From Barthelona sp. PAP020 (taxonomy: Eukaryota), in contig JARQWU010000085.1 in assembly GCA_040182905.1 (NCBI GenBank), positions 1-36,246 on the forward strand: a DNA stretch of 36,246 bases, in the 5' to 3' direction. How positions within the stretch are numbered: the stretch's first letter is position 1; every line of letters begins with the position of its first letter. The position numbers and the translations under genes are program-made. The notes beneath the pieces are model-generated. The model did no database searches. It was not told the DNA's origin and saw nothing but the letters and a program-made list of their open reading frames with translations. Below are positions 1 to 9,846 of the stretch, piece by piece.

Positions 1-1
1 T

Positions 2-571
2 AATGGTGCTATCTTTGGAGCATATACACCTGTTTCATGGACTATTTTAAATGATGCCAGAGCAGATCCCTCAAAGGAATCCTTTATTTTCTCTTTAGCT
101 AGGCCTGGTGCTTTGCATTTAGAAGAACAACCTCCCTCATTATCGACTTTGTTCCAAGGTAAAAACAAAACAAAACGCATTAACTACATTAAAACGCCTC
201 AAAGAACACCACAAAGAAATGCACCAATCACCACACCACAGAAAGTAAAGAAAGAATTTGATAAGAATAGTTTCAAAGTGCAAGAGTTTTTGAATTCTGG
301 TTTCAAATTGCCTATCACACAAGCAAAGAGTGCTGTGTTCCATAGAAGTAGTCATGGTCCATGCTTTGGAGGATCTGATCAAGATCATGATTTATACATA
401 TGTCACAATGCCCATTTAAATGGTGGGTATACACAATTAGGTATTAGTTATTCATTACCTCCTCGAAATATGTATCAAAATCAAAGAGGTGCTCAATATT
501 TCTTGACACAAAGCCATCATTTTGAAGTGTCCAATTATCAAGTGTATGCTTTGAAAAAGGAAATGATTTAA
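2..571 (+). CDS. TLDc-domain protein, 5'-partial (runs off the window start)
   Basis: Frame 2 is open from base 2: NGAIFGAYTPVSW...D...SFIFSL, then GPCFGG...DLYI...YSLP...FLT...FEVSNYQVY. These are the conserved TLDc blocks. Stop TAA ends at 571. Confidence 0.85.
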   Translation, partial: NGAIFGAYTPVSWTILNDARADPSKESFIFSLARPGALHLEEQPPSLSTLFQGKNKTKRINYIKTPQRTPQRNAPITTPQKVKKEFDKNSFKVQEFLNSGFKLPITQAKSAVFHRSSHGPCFGGSDQDHDLYICHNAHLNGGYTQLGISYSLPPRNMYQNQRGAQYFLTQSHHFEVSNYQVYALKKEMI

Positions 572-664
572 ATTTAAAGATAAAGAGCATATACAGTTGA
601 AAGGTATTTTTCCTTCTTTTTTTTTTTTTGAAATAAATAAAGAAAAAAATAAATCAACATTAAT

Positions 665-2848
665 TTATTCGTAAGATTTGAACTTTCTGTGCTTAATCTC
701 CTTTGTTGTGAGATTTTTAATTCCTTTGACAGATCGACTCTTTGGCTTTTTTAATCTACCCGCATTTTTATCCATTGACTCAATACTTCTTTGAATTTCT
801 TTTTCCTCATCATCTTCATCATCAGAAACTTCAGACATATGTTCATCAATTTCTTCTTTGGCTTCTTCTTTGGCTTCTTCTTCCTCTTCTTCCTCATATT
901 CTTCTTCTTCATCTTCTTCTTCTTCATCATCTTCCTCATCTTCCTCTTGAACTAATTCCATTTCTTCTTCTTCTTCTTCTTTGGCATTAATTATATCTTC
1001 AACATCAATGAAATCATCCTCTCTTTTAGTTGCTTCAATCAAAGCATCTTTCATCTTCTTTGAATTATCTTTCAAAAATCCTTTCCATTTTTTTTCTGAT
1101 TTGGATAATTTTTCAACAAGTGGCAAAGATCCTGCATTTTGGACACAGTGTAAAAACAAATAAAAGGCAGGGGACTGGAATTTTTCAACAAGTTTTTGAG
1201 GCTTAACTGAACTGAAACAATGGGCAATAACCGCATTTACTGTTGGAATTCTGGTCATCAAATTGTAAAAATCTTGGAAATTTTCATTTTCAAAAAATTC
1301 AATCACATGCTCATCATCACTAATGGCATCAAACAATTCATTATAAAAACAAATTCTTATTAATTCATTATCCAAAATATAACTCAAATAACAGTATAAA
1401 ACCTTTTGACCATACTTGTTAATCTTCATGTCTGATAAAACTTCAACATTTCTCAACTTCTTTCCATGTACTTTATAAAAGATGTTTCTGATGGTTTCCA
1501 TTCTGTTTGTTATGCTCTTCTTTGTGGTAGACACTTCCTTTTCCTCCTTTGAATGATAATAAGTAATTTCATCAAATAGATATTTGACGTCTGGCACAAT
1601 ATATCTTAGATCGTTACTCTTATTATCAACTAAACAAGATAAAATGACCTGAAAACCAAAAGGACTGTTGACTAACTGCAATATATCCATTTGGTTAATA
1701 ACCAACTTTTGCAAATTCTTAATATCATCCCAATGTCTAATCAAAGCAATCAAAACTCGATAACCATTGCCATCCAAAGCAATTGTATTTATATGGTCTT
1801 TAAAAGTCTTTGCAATGTTTTTTCTATCCTTAGCATCACCATACAAAATACACCACACAGCTATTTTATATCCAATGTTTGTATGAAGTACTTCAACCAA
1901 ATAACCTCTCAATTGAGATATCAAATGATCTGCTTCATTATCTCCTTTATTTATCATCATCAAAAAATCTAAAACCATTTTTTGACAAAGGTTTAAAGAT
2001 AACATATCCTTAACAATGATCTTTTGAACCAATCTATTCATATCTTCATATACTTTAGGTAACAACTTTTGAATAATAATATTGTCCTCAGATAATTTGG
2101 CTAAGTCAGTTAAAGCAGGGGTTGTCTTCAAAATTTCACACATATCATTATAATTAGGTCCATATAATTTACGTGTTAATAATTGTTTACCTTTAGCATT
2201 CATATTATCATATAAAAAATTTAAAACAGTACCAGCATCACGATGAACTAAAACTTTTCTTGATTTATTTAAGAAAACTGAACAAATATCCAACTTTGTA
2301 TCAGTTTTTGAATGCTTGATAATTTTCATTACGATATGTGAACCAAAAGGGTTCTCACTAATTTCAATATAACTCTTTTTTAATTCTTTATGAATTTGTT
2401 TTATTTGCTCTTGAGTTCCAAATTTAATTATCGTTTGTATGTATCTAGATGGTAAATTGGTATAAACAACTTCATTAAACTTTCCTTTTAAATTAGAATA
2501 TAAAAAATCGACCAATTCAGTTCGTCTCTCTTTTGTTGTTTGTTGTTCAATTGCTTCAATCCATGAAGTTTTTAATTGCTTCTCTATTAATTCACCATGA
2601 GGTTTGGTTAATCTTTTATCTTGTCTTTTTGCACGTCTTTCTTTTTTTGACAAAGGTAAACGTTTTAAATCTATTTTAATTAGTTAAAATCAACATTTAA
2701 TATTAATAAATATACCATTTTCTTTGTAACTTCTTCTAATTTTTGTTTTGTTGTCTTCAATATTATCACTTTCTGAAGCAGTTCGATGACGTTTTTCGTT
2801 CGAAAAATTGCTATCTTTCTTAGAATATTTAGATTTATCCTTTGGCAT
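665..2848 (-). CDS. PUF6: Pumilio-repeat nucleolar protein, PUF6/PUM3 (Puf-A) family; two exons (2848-2716 and 2670-665)
   Basis: PUF-like repeats (SRYIQTIIKFGT, ENPFGSHIVMKIIKH, GDAKDRKNIAKTFK) and an acidic C-terminus. The ORF track starts at a TTG. Removing the GT-AG intron 2715-2671 joins it in frame to an exon starting at ATG 2848 (MPKDKSKYSKK...KEN-D-LKRLPLSKKERR). Confidence 0.85.
800..985 (-). repeat. GAA/GAT-rich low-complexity tract encoding the poly-Glu/Asp tail of PUF6
   Basis: Runs of (ttc)n and (atc)n on the plus strand, plus a short tandem ttcttctttggc repeat (EEAK). Confidence 0.8.
2671..2715 (-). other. 45-nt spliceosomal intron in PUF6
   Basis: GTATATTTATTAATATTAAATGTTGATTTTAACTAATTAAAATAG. 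It has GT-AG ends, an ACTAAT branch-like motif near the 3' end and an in-frame TGA; removal restores the ORF. Confidence 0.85.
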
Positions 2849-2938
2849 CTAAACAAACAAAAATATTTAATGATAATGAATAAAAATAAAAAAATCAACT
2901 TGTGCCTTAAATTTACATAATGAATAATATGAACTCAT

Positions 2939-4643
2939 TTACAAAACCATATGTTGAACTAATCTGGAACAAAGATCCTTATAAGCCCATGTGTCACCAG
3001 AAATACGTCTCAAATGAACAACAAATAAACTTTGGAATTTTTCCAACTTGCAAACTTCCATTTCCATACAAACATTGGTTTTGGGTTCTTCCAATCTGAA
3101 ACCAAAGGGTCCTAACGGTTGAGAAGAAATACCTGTTGCTTCAATAGCTTTATTCATCTCTTCACGAATAGCATTGGGTGATTTTGAAGAGGTAGTTGAA
3201 ACATTAAAAGCTCCTCTGTACACTCTAAGTTGCTTTTCTTCAGCAGACAACATTTTTTGTTGAAGTTCACCAGCCTGTTTAACTGCTTCAGCTGCTTGTG
3301 AGTTAACAGCAACTGAAACTCTTCTTCTGGGAACAATTGGAATTTTTTCTTCTTCCTCTTTCTTTTTAGTGGCTTCCTCTTGCATTTTTCTCAACATTGA
3401 GGGATCAGCAACGGATTGTCTTCTTGCCTTAACAACTTGAGCAGGCATTGGTTCATTAAGATCAACATTCATATCATCACGTTGAACATCCTCAGGAATA
3501 GCATCTAATGAATTTTCTGGGGGTGCCATTTGAGAAACAACTTGAGTATCCTCCATTTTTTGAAGATTTTCAATATCCTTTGGAACATATCTGCCTGCTA
3601 AAATGTCTTGAGTTTTTCTATCCTTCAATAGATGATATGTTGCAGTGACTTGATTATGTTTTTGGTTTTCAATGCATTCACGTGCATATTCCAACTCAAA
3701 ACCAAATTGAGGAAGTTGTCCCAGTATTTCTTCATCAATAATACCGCTTTCTTCATACACTGGAACTGCTTCTTCATCAGCAGGACCACTCCAAGTGTTA
3801 CGATACCATGGATGTTGTTTAATTTGATCAATAGTATATCTACGCTGGGGATTGACAACTAAAATACGTCTTAATAAATCGCGTGCACCAGGAGACACAA
3901 AGGGAGGTATTGTAAACCTTCCAGAAAGAATCTTTTGATAAAGCGCTGAAGTATTTGAATCTTCAAAAGGCAAATATCCACAGATAAGAGCAAATAAAAT
4001 AACTCCCATCGACCAAATATCAACAGAAGGTCCTGCATATTGTTTACCAGCTATCATTTCAGGTGCAGCATAACAAGGTGAACCACAAGCAGTTTTTAAA
4101 AAATTATTGCCTTTAATGGTATTAGAAAGTCCAAAGTCAATAATTTTTATGTTTTTATGTTCATCTAACAACAAGTTTTCAGGTTTCAAATCACGATGAA
4201 TAACATGATGTTTATGACAATAATCAACTCCTTCAGCAATTTGATGAAAAAATCGACAAGCTTCGCGTTCTTTTAAACGACCTCTTGCAACAATATAATC
4301 AAATAACTCACCACCAGTTGCAAAATCAGTAACCAAGTAAATGTGGTTGGGAGTATTAATAACTTCGAATAAACGAAGCACATTTGGATGAGAAATTAAC
4401 TTCAAAATGTGAATTTCACGTGAAATACGTTCCATATCCACAGCATCGACAATTCTTCTCTTTTCTAGAACTTTCATAGCCACCTAACATGTTAGTATTA
4501 ATTAAATATGAAAGATTTCAAACCTTTGAATTGGTTGGGATATGTGTTCCTAATTTAACTTTTCCAAAAGTTCCTTCTCCGACAGTTTTGCCAATAATAT
4601 AATTACCAACTCTTTTAACACGTGTTGCTCGTTCAGAACCCAT
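2939..4643 (-). CDS. SNF1/AMPK-related Ser/Thr kinase (CAMKL) with UBA-like and C-terminal KA1 domains; two exons (4643-4524 and 4483-2939)
   Basis: Exon 1 MGSERATRVKRVGNYIIGKTVGEGTFGKVKLG supplies the Gly-rich loop. Also HRDLKPEN, DFG and activation loop LKTACGSPCYAAPE. KA1-type end TTSSKSP...MEMEVCKL...LRRISGD. Confidence 0.92.
4484..4523 (-). other. 40-nt spliceosomal intron in the SNF1/AMPK-related kinase
   Basis: GTTTGAAATCTTTCATATTTAATTAATACTAACATGTTAG. It has GT-AG ends and a perfect TACTAAC followed by only 7 nt; splicing joins TNSK|VAMK in frame. Confidence 0.93.
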
Positions 4644-4737
4644 TGAAAAAAAAAAATTTAAAAGTCAAAAAGAAGATGAAGGATAAGAAAGATTTTTGGA
4701 TTTTTTTTTTTTTGGTTTAACAAGTCGTGAATTAAAA
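4644..4737. promoter_or_regulatory. Putative bidirectional promoter between the kinase and hydrogenase genes
   Basis: Only 94 bp separate the divergent ATGs (4643 minus, 4738 plus). An A-run lies next to one start and a T-run next to the other, so each gene has a T-tract upstream on its own strand. Confidence 0.55.
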
Positions 4738-6534
4738 ATGTTGAGTTCAAATCAGTCAAATTTATCCAAATTATTTAAAAACATCTCAAAAAGATTGATT
4801 TCTGTTAATGTTAAATTGAATGGAAAAGAATTGATAAGTGATGATGAATTAACTATATTAGAGTTATGTAAAGAAAATGGCATTAGCTTACCAACTCTAT
4901 GTCATCATCCTGCCTTGGAAGCATCTGGGGGTACTTGTCGTTTGTGTTTGGTTGATATTGGCGGTCCTAATCCTGTCACTTCTTGTAATACACATCTGTA
5001 TGATGGAATTGAAATTAATACTAATGATCCCAAAGTTTTAGAGCAAGTTAAACAGAATTTCAGAGGAATTCTTTCTAATCATCCTTCAAAGTGTTTTAGT
5101 TGTTCTTCTGAGCATAAATGTTCCCTCAAAGATATCAGCAGAAAGTTAGGAGTAAAAATGAATTTGAAACCTCCTACTATCACTCCAATTGATCATTCAT
5201 CGAAAGCAATAGTTGTTGATCCAAGTAAATGTATTGCATGTGGACGTTGTGTTGAAGCCTGCAAGAAGCAATCCATTAATGCTTTGGGTTTACACAATAG
5301 ATCCGATAATATCGCTGTTGGAACTTCCTTCGATTTGCCTTTGGGCTTTAGTGGATGTATAGGATGTGGACAATGTACACAAGTGTGTCCTGTTGGAGCT
5401 TTAGAAGAAGTCGATCATCTTACTGCTGTTAGAAAGCTATTGAATATGAAGAAAGCAAATCCAGATATGGTTTTGGTTGGACAAATTGCACCTGCTACTC
5501 GTGTTACAATTTCTGAAGAATTAGGGCTTTCACCTGGAACTGTATCTACCTCTGCTTTGGTTGGAGGATTAAGAAAGTTAGGATTTGATTACGTTTTTGA
5601 TACAAATTTTGCGGCTGACCTGACTATTATGGAAGAAGCAAATGAATTCATTGAAAGAGTTAAAGGCCATTTGAATGGGGATCCTAATGCTGCACCTTTA
5701 CCAATGTTCACTTCATGTTGTCCTGCTTGGATTAATTACATTGAGAAACATCATCCTGAAATGATTCCCCATCTGTCCTCATGTAAATCACCTCAAGAGA
5801 TGTTATCTTCAGTAATTAAATCATATTACGCGAAAAAGAATGATATTGATCCTGCCAATATTGTTGTGGTATCATTCATGCCTTGTACTGCAAAGAAGGA
5901 TGAAATATCCAGAGAAGCCTTAGGTTTTAACACAGATTTGGTGTTAACTACTCGTGAAACTGGTAGATTATTAAGAGAAACGTTGGAATCTGGATATGAT
6001 TTACAAGGAGAATTTGATACTCCTTTTGGTGAAACAACTGGTGCAGGAATTATCTTTGGTAATACTGGTGGCGTTATGGAAGCAGCATTGAGAACAGCTG
6101 CTCACATATTAACTGGAAGTGATCTTGCTGATCCTGAATTCAAGGCTGTTCGTGGTATTGATGGAATTAAAGAAGCAACTATTCCTGTTGCTGGATTAGA
6201 CGTTAAAGTAGCAGTAGCACATGGAATTGGTAATGCAAAGACTTTAATTGAAAAAATTAATAATGGTGAAGCAGATTATCATTTCATTGAAGTTATGGCA
6301 TGTCCTGGAGGTTGTATTGGAGGTGGTGGTAATCCAACATCCACTCCTGAAGCTATTCAAGGTCGTATGAAAGCATTATATGAAATGGACAAGAAATGGG
6401 TTAAAAGATATTCTCACGATAATGAAGCAGTTAAGCATCTTTATGATAATTTTTTAAAAACACCAAATGGACATTTATCTCATGAGCTTTTGCACACTCA
6501 TTATTCTGATAGGTCAAAAGAATTTTTAAAGTAG
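4738..6534 (+). CDS. hydA: [FeFe]-hydrogenase, group A, long (M3-type) form, with a putative N-terminal targeting presequence for a mitochondrion-related organelle
   Basis: H-cluster motifs TSCCPAW, MPCTAKKDE and EVMACPGGCIGGGG. Accessory clusters: [2Fe-2S] (LPTLCHHP...GTCRLC...SC), His-ligated [4Fe-4S] (HPSKCFSC...C) and two [4Fe-4S] (CIACGRCVEAC, CIGCGQCTQVCP). First in-frame ATG is at 4738. Confidence 0.97.
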   Translation: MLSSNQSNLSKLFKNISKRLISVNVKLNGKELISDDELTILELCKENGISLPTLCHHPALEASGGTCRLCLVDIGGPNPVTSCNTHLYDGIEINTNDPKVLEQVKQNFRGILSNHPSKCFSCSSEHKCSLKDISRKLGVKMNLKPPTITPIDHSSKAIVVDPSKCIACGRCVEACKKQSINALGLHNRSDNIAVGTSFDLPLGFSGCIGCGQCTQVCPVGALEEVDHLTAVRKLLNMKKANPDMVLVGQIAPATRVTISEELGLSPGTVSTSALVGGLRKLGFDYVFDTNFAADLTIMEEANEFIERVKGHLNGDPNAAPLPMFTSCCPAWINYIEKHHPEMIPHLSSCKSPQEMLSSVIKSYYAKKNDIDPANIVVVSFMPCTAKKDEISREALGFNTDLVLTTRETGRLLRETLESGYDLQGEFDTPFGETTGAGIIFGNTGGVMEAALRTAAHILTGSDLADPEFKAVRGIDGIKEATIPVAGLDVKVAVAHGIGNAKTLIEKINNGEADYHFIEVMACPGGCIGGGGNPTSTPEAIQGRMKALYEMDKKWVKRYSHDNEAVKHLYDNFLKTPNGHLSHELLHTHYSDRSKEFLK

Positions 6535-7389
6535 AGAGGTGAAAAATTGAATGATTCAAAAAAAAATGACAAAATTTACATAAATAAAATTTTAGATAAT
6601 TTCTTTTTTTCAATCATAATTCAAGTTGAGAAAGAATCAAAAAAAAAAAACCTTACAATGAGATTAGTTTTCCCAAAATTAAATTTGAAGAGCAAACAAT
6701 ATGTTTGGGATGAATATATATTGCATTTTCACGGTTTTGTGAAACAGCTTTGTGAAACGAAATTTCAAGAGCTTACTCCCCTGCATCAACGAAGGGTTGA
6801 CATGACATTTGATTGTTTGTCCAACAATTGAAAAACTACTACTATGTCATGGACTGAACTGCAAAGTTGAGGCTGGAAAGAGCTTACAAAAATTAGCAAT
6901 AAGCAAAAATTGTTCAAAAGATCAATAAAGAGCATAACCAAAAGTTCACACAACATTTGGCCTTGAAATTTGAAAAAAAAGGCATGTTCAAACAATCCAA
7001 AGAAGAGGAACAACAAAAATTCAGTTCTGATTGCCACATCCAATGATTAATCAAATGTCTTAAAACTCAATCTGTTTTTGATTTTGACAAAATTATTTTC
7101 ACTTTCCCCATTGTTTGGGTAATTTTTGGTTGAAAGGCATTCACAAGACAAAGAAATTAAAAAATCACCAAAATAAAGATCAAATTTATGATTCTCTCAC
7201 TTTGAAAACCTTCTCAAATTGGAACTGTTGTGAAGCACTTTGATATATATGAGAGTGAAAGTGAGAGTGAGTAAAAAGCATGAAGAAGCCAAAACAAATG
7301 AAATAAAAAATTTTTAACAATTTATCAGATATATTTCAACAATTTCTCAACCATTACACATGAATTGAGAAACAAACACCAAACAAGAA

Positions 7390-9084
7390 TCAAATATTAG
7401 AGTTAACAAAAGGAATTGAAGAAACACTTTTACCATCATTAGCCCAATCAGCTAAAGAACCTAATTTTGTTTGTAAAGAACGAATTCTTTCTTTATATTT
7501 ATAAATATCTTCTGATAACCTTTTATTTTTATCTTTACTATATTGTAACTCTCTTTTAACTTCATTATACTTACCATTACTCTGTTCACATTTAAAAATT
7601 ACATCTTGTAAACTTTTATAAAGTTCATCAGAATGATTTTTATATTTTCTAGCTGATTTTTCTTTGTCATTAATAATGCGATTTAAAGAATCAATTTCTG
7701 CATTTAATCTCTTTGATTTTTCTTCATTGATACTTAATTTAGTATGACATTCATCAATTTCAAGATTTAATTTTCTCCTTATATTTTTATCAGTTGAATT
7801 CTTTTCTTTGAATTCATTTAATAGCGCTTCATTATCATTTACAACTTTTGATAAAGTTAAGACATTTTTTCTTAAATTCTCAATCTCATGATCCTTACCA
7901 ATCAAAGCGAACTTATGATTCTCAATCAATTCATGCTCTTTTTCAGTTAATTCTTCATTAGATAATTTTAATTGACTATTTTCATGTAATAACATTTCAG
8001 TCTTATTTCTTAACTCAATAATCTCCTTTGGTATTCTAATCTCATAAGAATTAAGTTGATTTTCAAGAGTTGTTTTGTTTTTTTCTAATCCTTCAGCTTT
8101 TGTTTGTAATTCGATAATCAAAGATTCCTTATCAATCAAACTATCATTCAATTGCTTTTCTTTCTGTTTAAATTTATCTTTGAGTGTGTGTAATTCTTCA
8201 AAATGTTTACTTTCTAATGAATTGATTTGATTTTTTGCAGAATCCATGTTTCTATTCAACTCTTTTCTTAATTGTTCTTCAGTCATCTCATATTGACTAA
8301 TCTTTGATTCTAAATCTTGAATTTTCTCAAGTTGATCCTTTATCTCTTGAATCATCGTAACTTCTCTTGTCTTTAAAGCAGATATTGTATCTTCAAAACC
8401 TCCTAAAGTATTTATCGCTGTATTTCTTTCTTGTTCAGTAATTCGATACCGATTTTGAAGGGTATCATATTGTTCACTCACAGTACGCAATTTTTCTTGA
8501 GCACTAATCAATTCTGTTCTTGATTCACCAGTAGCTGCTAATGCATTCTTATATCCTCTAAATGAACGTTCTAAAGAATCATAATCTTGTTGTAATTTAT
8601 TTATTTCAATGACCATATGTTCCTTTTCATCAATGTTATTTTCTATTGTTCCAATTAATTGATTAACATACTCTTCTAATCCTTCCTTCTCTTCAGTTAA
8701 TTGTTCTATTGTTGAATATAAAGTTTCTGTTTGTTGAGTAGTATTTACTTGTCCTCGAGTCCTCAAAAGGGCATTTTCTTTTTGCAATCCAGCAACACGA
8801 TCTTCCAAAATTTTCATTTCTTCAGGTATTGACTTCTTTGATAACTCAAATTCAAGTTCTTTTTGTTTATACAAGGATAACTCTTTCATTAATTCTTCAT
8901 TTTCTTCAATTAATTTTTCACAATGATCTCTCATCTTTCTTAAATCATCTTTCATTTTCGAATTTTCATCTTCTAACTTTTCAATTTTTGAATTATATTC
9001 TGCCATCAATGGTGTCATTAATTGATTATTATATAATTCTTCTGTCCCTTGTAAATATTGGGTTCTTCTCTTTTGAGCATTCAT
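7390..9084 (-). CDS. Long coiled-coil protein, SCLT1/CEP89-like (centriole distal appendage)
   Basis: 564 aa, almost entirely heptad-rich. The N-terminal LMTPLMAEY...EKLIEENEELMKEL resembles the PLxxxY...ENExLxxEL block I recall from SCLT1 and CEP89. The gene is clearly real; the family call is tentative. Confidence 0.55.
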   Translation of the reverse strand: MNAQKRRTQYLQGTEELYNNQLMTPLMAEYNSKIEKLEDENSKMKDDLRKMRDHCEKLIEENEELMKELSLYKQKELEFELSKKSIPEEMKILEDRVAGLQKENALLRTRGQVNTTQQTETLYSTIEQLTEEKEGLEEYVNQLIGTIENNIDEKEHMVIEINKLQQDYDSLERSFRGYKNALAATGESRTELISAQEKLRTVSEQYDTLQNRYRITEQERNTAINTLGGFEDTISALKTREVTMIQEIKDQLEKIQDLESKISQYEMTEEQLRKELNRNMDSAKNQINSLESKHFEELHTLKDKFKQKEKQLNDSLIDKESLIIELQTKAEGLEKNKTTLENQLNSYEIRIPKEIIELRNKTEMLLHENSQLKLSNEELTEKEHELIENHKFALIGKDHEIENLRKNVLTLSKVVNDNEALLNEFKEKNSTDKNIRRKLNLEIDECHTKLSINEEKSKRLNAEIDSLNRIINDKEKSARKYKNHSDELYKSLQDVIFKCEQSNGKYNEVKRELQYSKDKNKRLSEDIYKYKERIRSLQTKLGSLADWANDGKSVSSIPFVNSNI

Positions 9085-9318
9085 TTCGAAAAAGAAAGTC
9101 TTTTTTCAAAGCAATATTTTTTTTGGCGCCAAACAAGTAAATTTTTGTTTATTTTTTCAATTAATAGCGATAGATAATTACTTATCATTATTACAACAAT
9201 AATAATAAAGAGTTGTTCATTCAATAAGGGAAAGAAGAAAAAGAAAAAAGAATTTTCACATTTACATTGTCACAAATGGATAAATAAAACAAACAACTGA
9301 AAATAAAGAAAAAAATAA

Positions 9319-9798
9319 TCACACTAAACCGCAATTTCTTATTTTGACATCATTTCCTTCCAATATTTTTTTTGCAGCTTCTAATACAAATTCAAATCCC
9401 CTAATAACTCTTCCAATAACTACATTTTTACCATCCAATTCTGAGCATTCATCCAAAGTGATTAGGAATTCACTTGTATTTGTATCAACACCTGAATTCT
9501 TCAATGAAACTACACCAGGACCACTATGTAATAGATTAAGATTTTCATCAGGAAAATATCCTCCATAAATTGAACTTTTAACACTTCCATCATTTAATTC
9601 AACACCGCCGAACAAATATCTAACATTTTCGTGTAAATAAACCGCCGTGTTTTTATATCCAATACTTTTATATTCACCAGTACAAAAAGTTCTAAAATTT
9701 GTGCAAGAAATAGGCAGTAAATCAGAAATAAGCTCAATCAAAACAGTACCAATCAACAAATCACCATAGGTTAACTCTAAAAATACAATATCACGCAT
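9319..9798 (-). CDS. Cyclophilin-fold protein, predicted catalytically inactive
   Basis: VFLE...P.SCTNFRTFCTGE..GYK, SIYGGYFPDENL, HSGPGVVS, LDGKNVVIGRV, I.NCG align without trouble to cyclophilin A, but the active-site residues are replaced. Confidence 0.88.
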   Translation of the reverse strand: MRDIVFLELTYGDLLIGTVLIELISDLLPISCTNFRTFCTGEYKSIGYKNTAVYLHENVRYLFGGVELNDGSVKSSIYGGYFPDENLNLLHSGPGVVSLKNSGVDTNTSEFLITLDECSELDGKNVVIGRVIRGFEFVLEAAKKILEGNDVKIRNCGLV

Positions 9799-9846
9799 TA
9801 AATGTACAAATCATTGAAAAAAACACAAATGGGCTTTGTTAATTAC

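Noticed and set aside
4696..4737. ORF-track N-terminal extensions from TTG or upstream starts (hydrogenase 4696, SYS1 18264, RAD17 20743, SAS6L 23185, 35585)
   Set aside because: They mostly translate T-rich promoter DNA into low-complexity sequence. The downstream ATGs fit the protein families better.
6547..7043. ORFs 6547-6831 (+) and 6786-7043 (-) in the spacer after the hydrogenase
   Set aside because: No recognisable motifs, mutually overlapping and compositionally like non-coding DNA.
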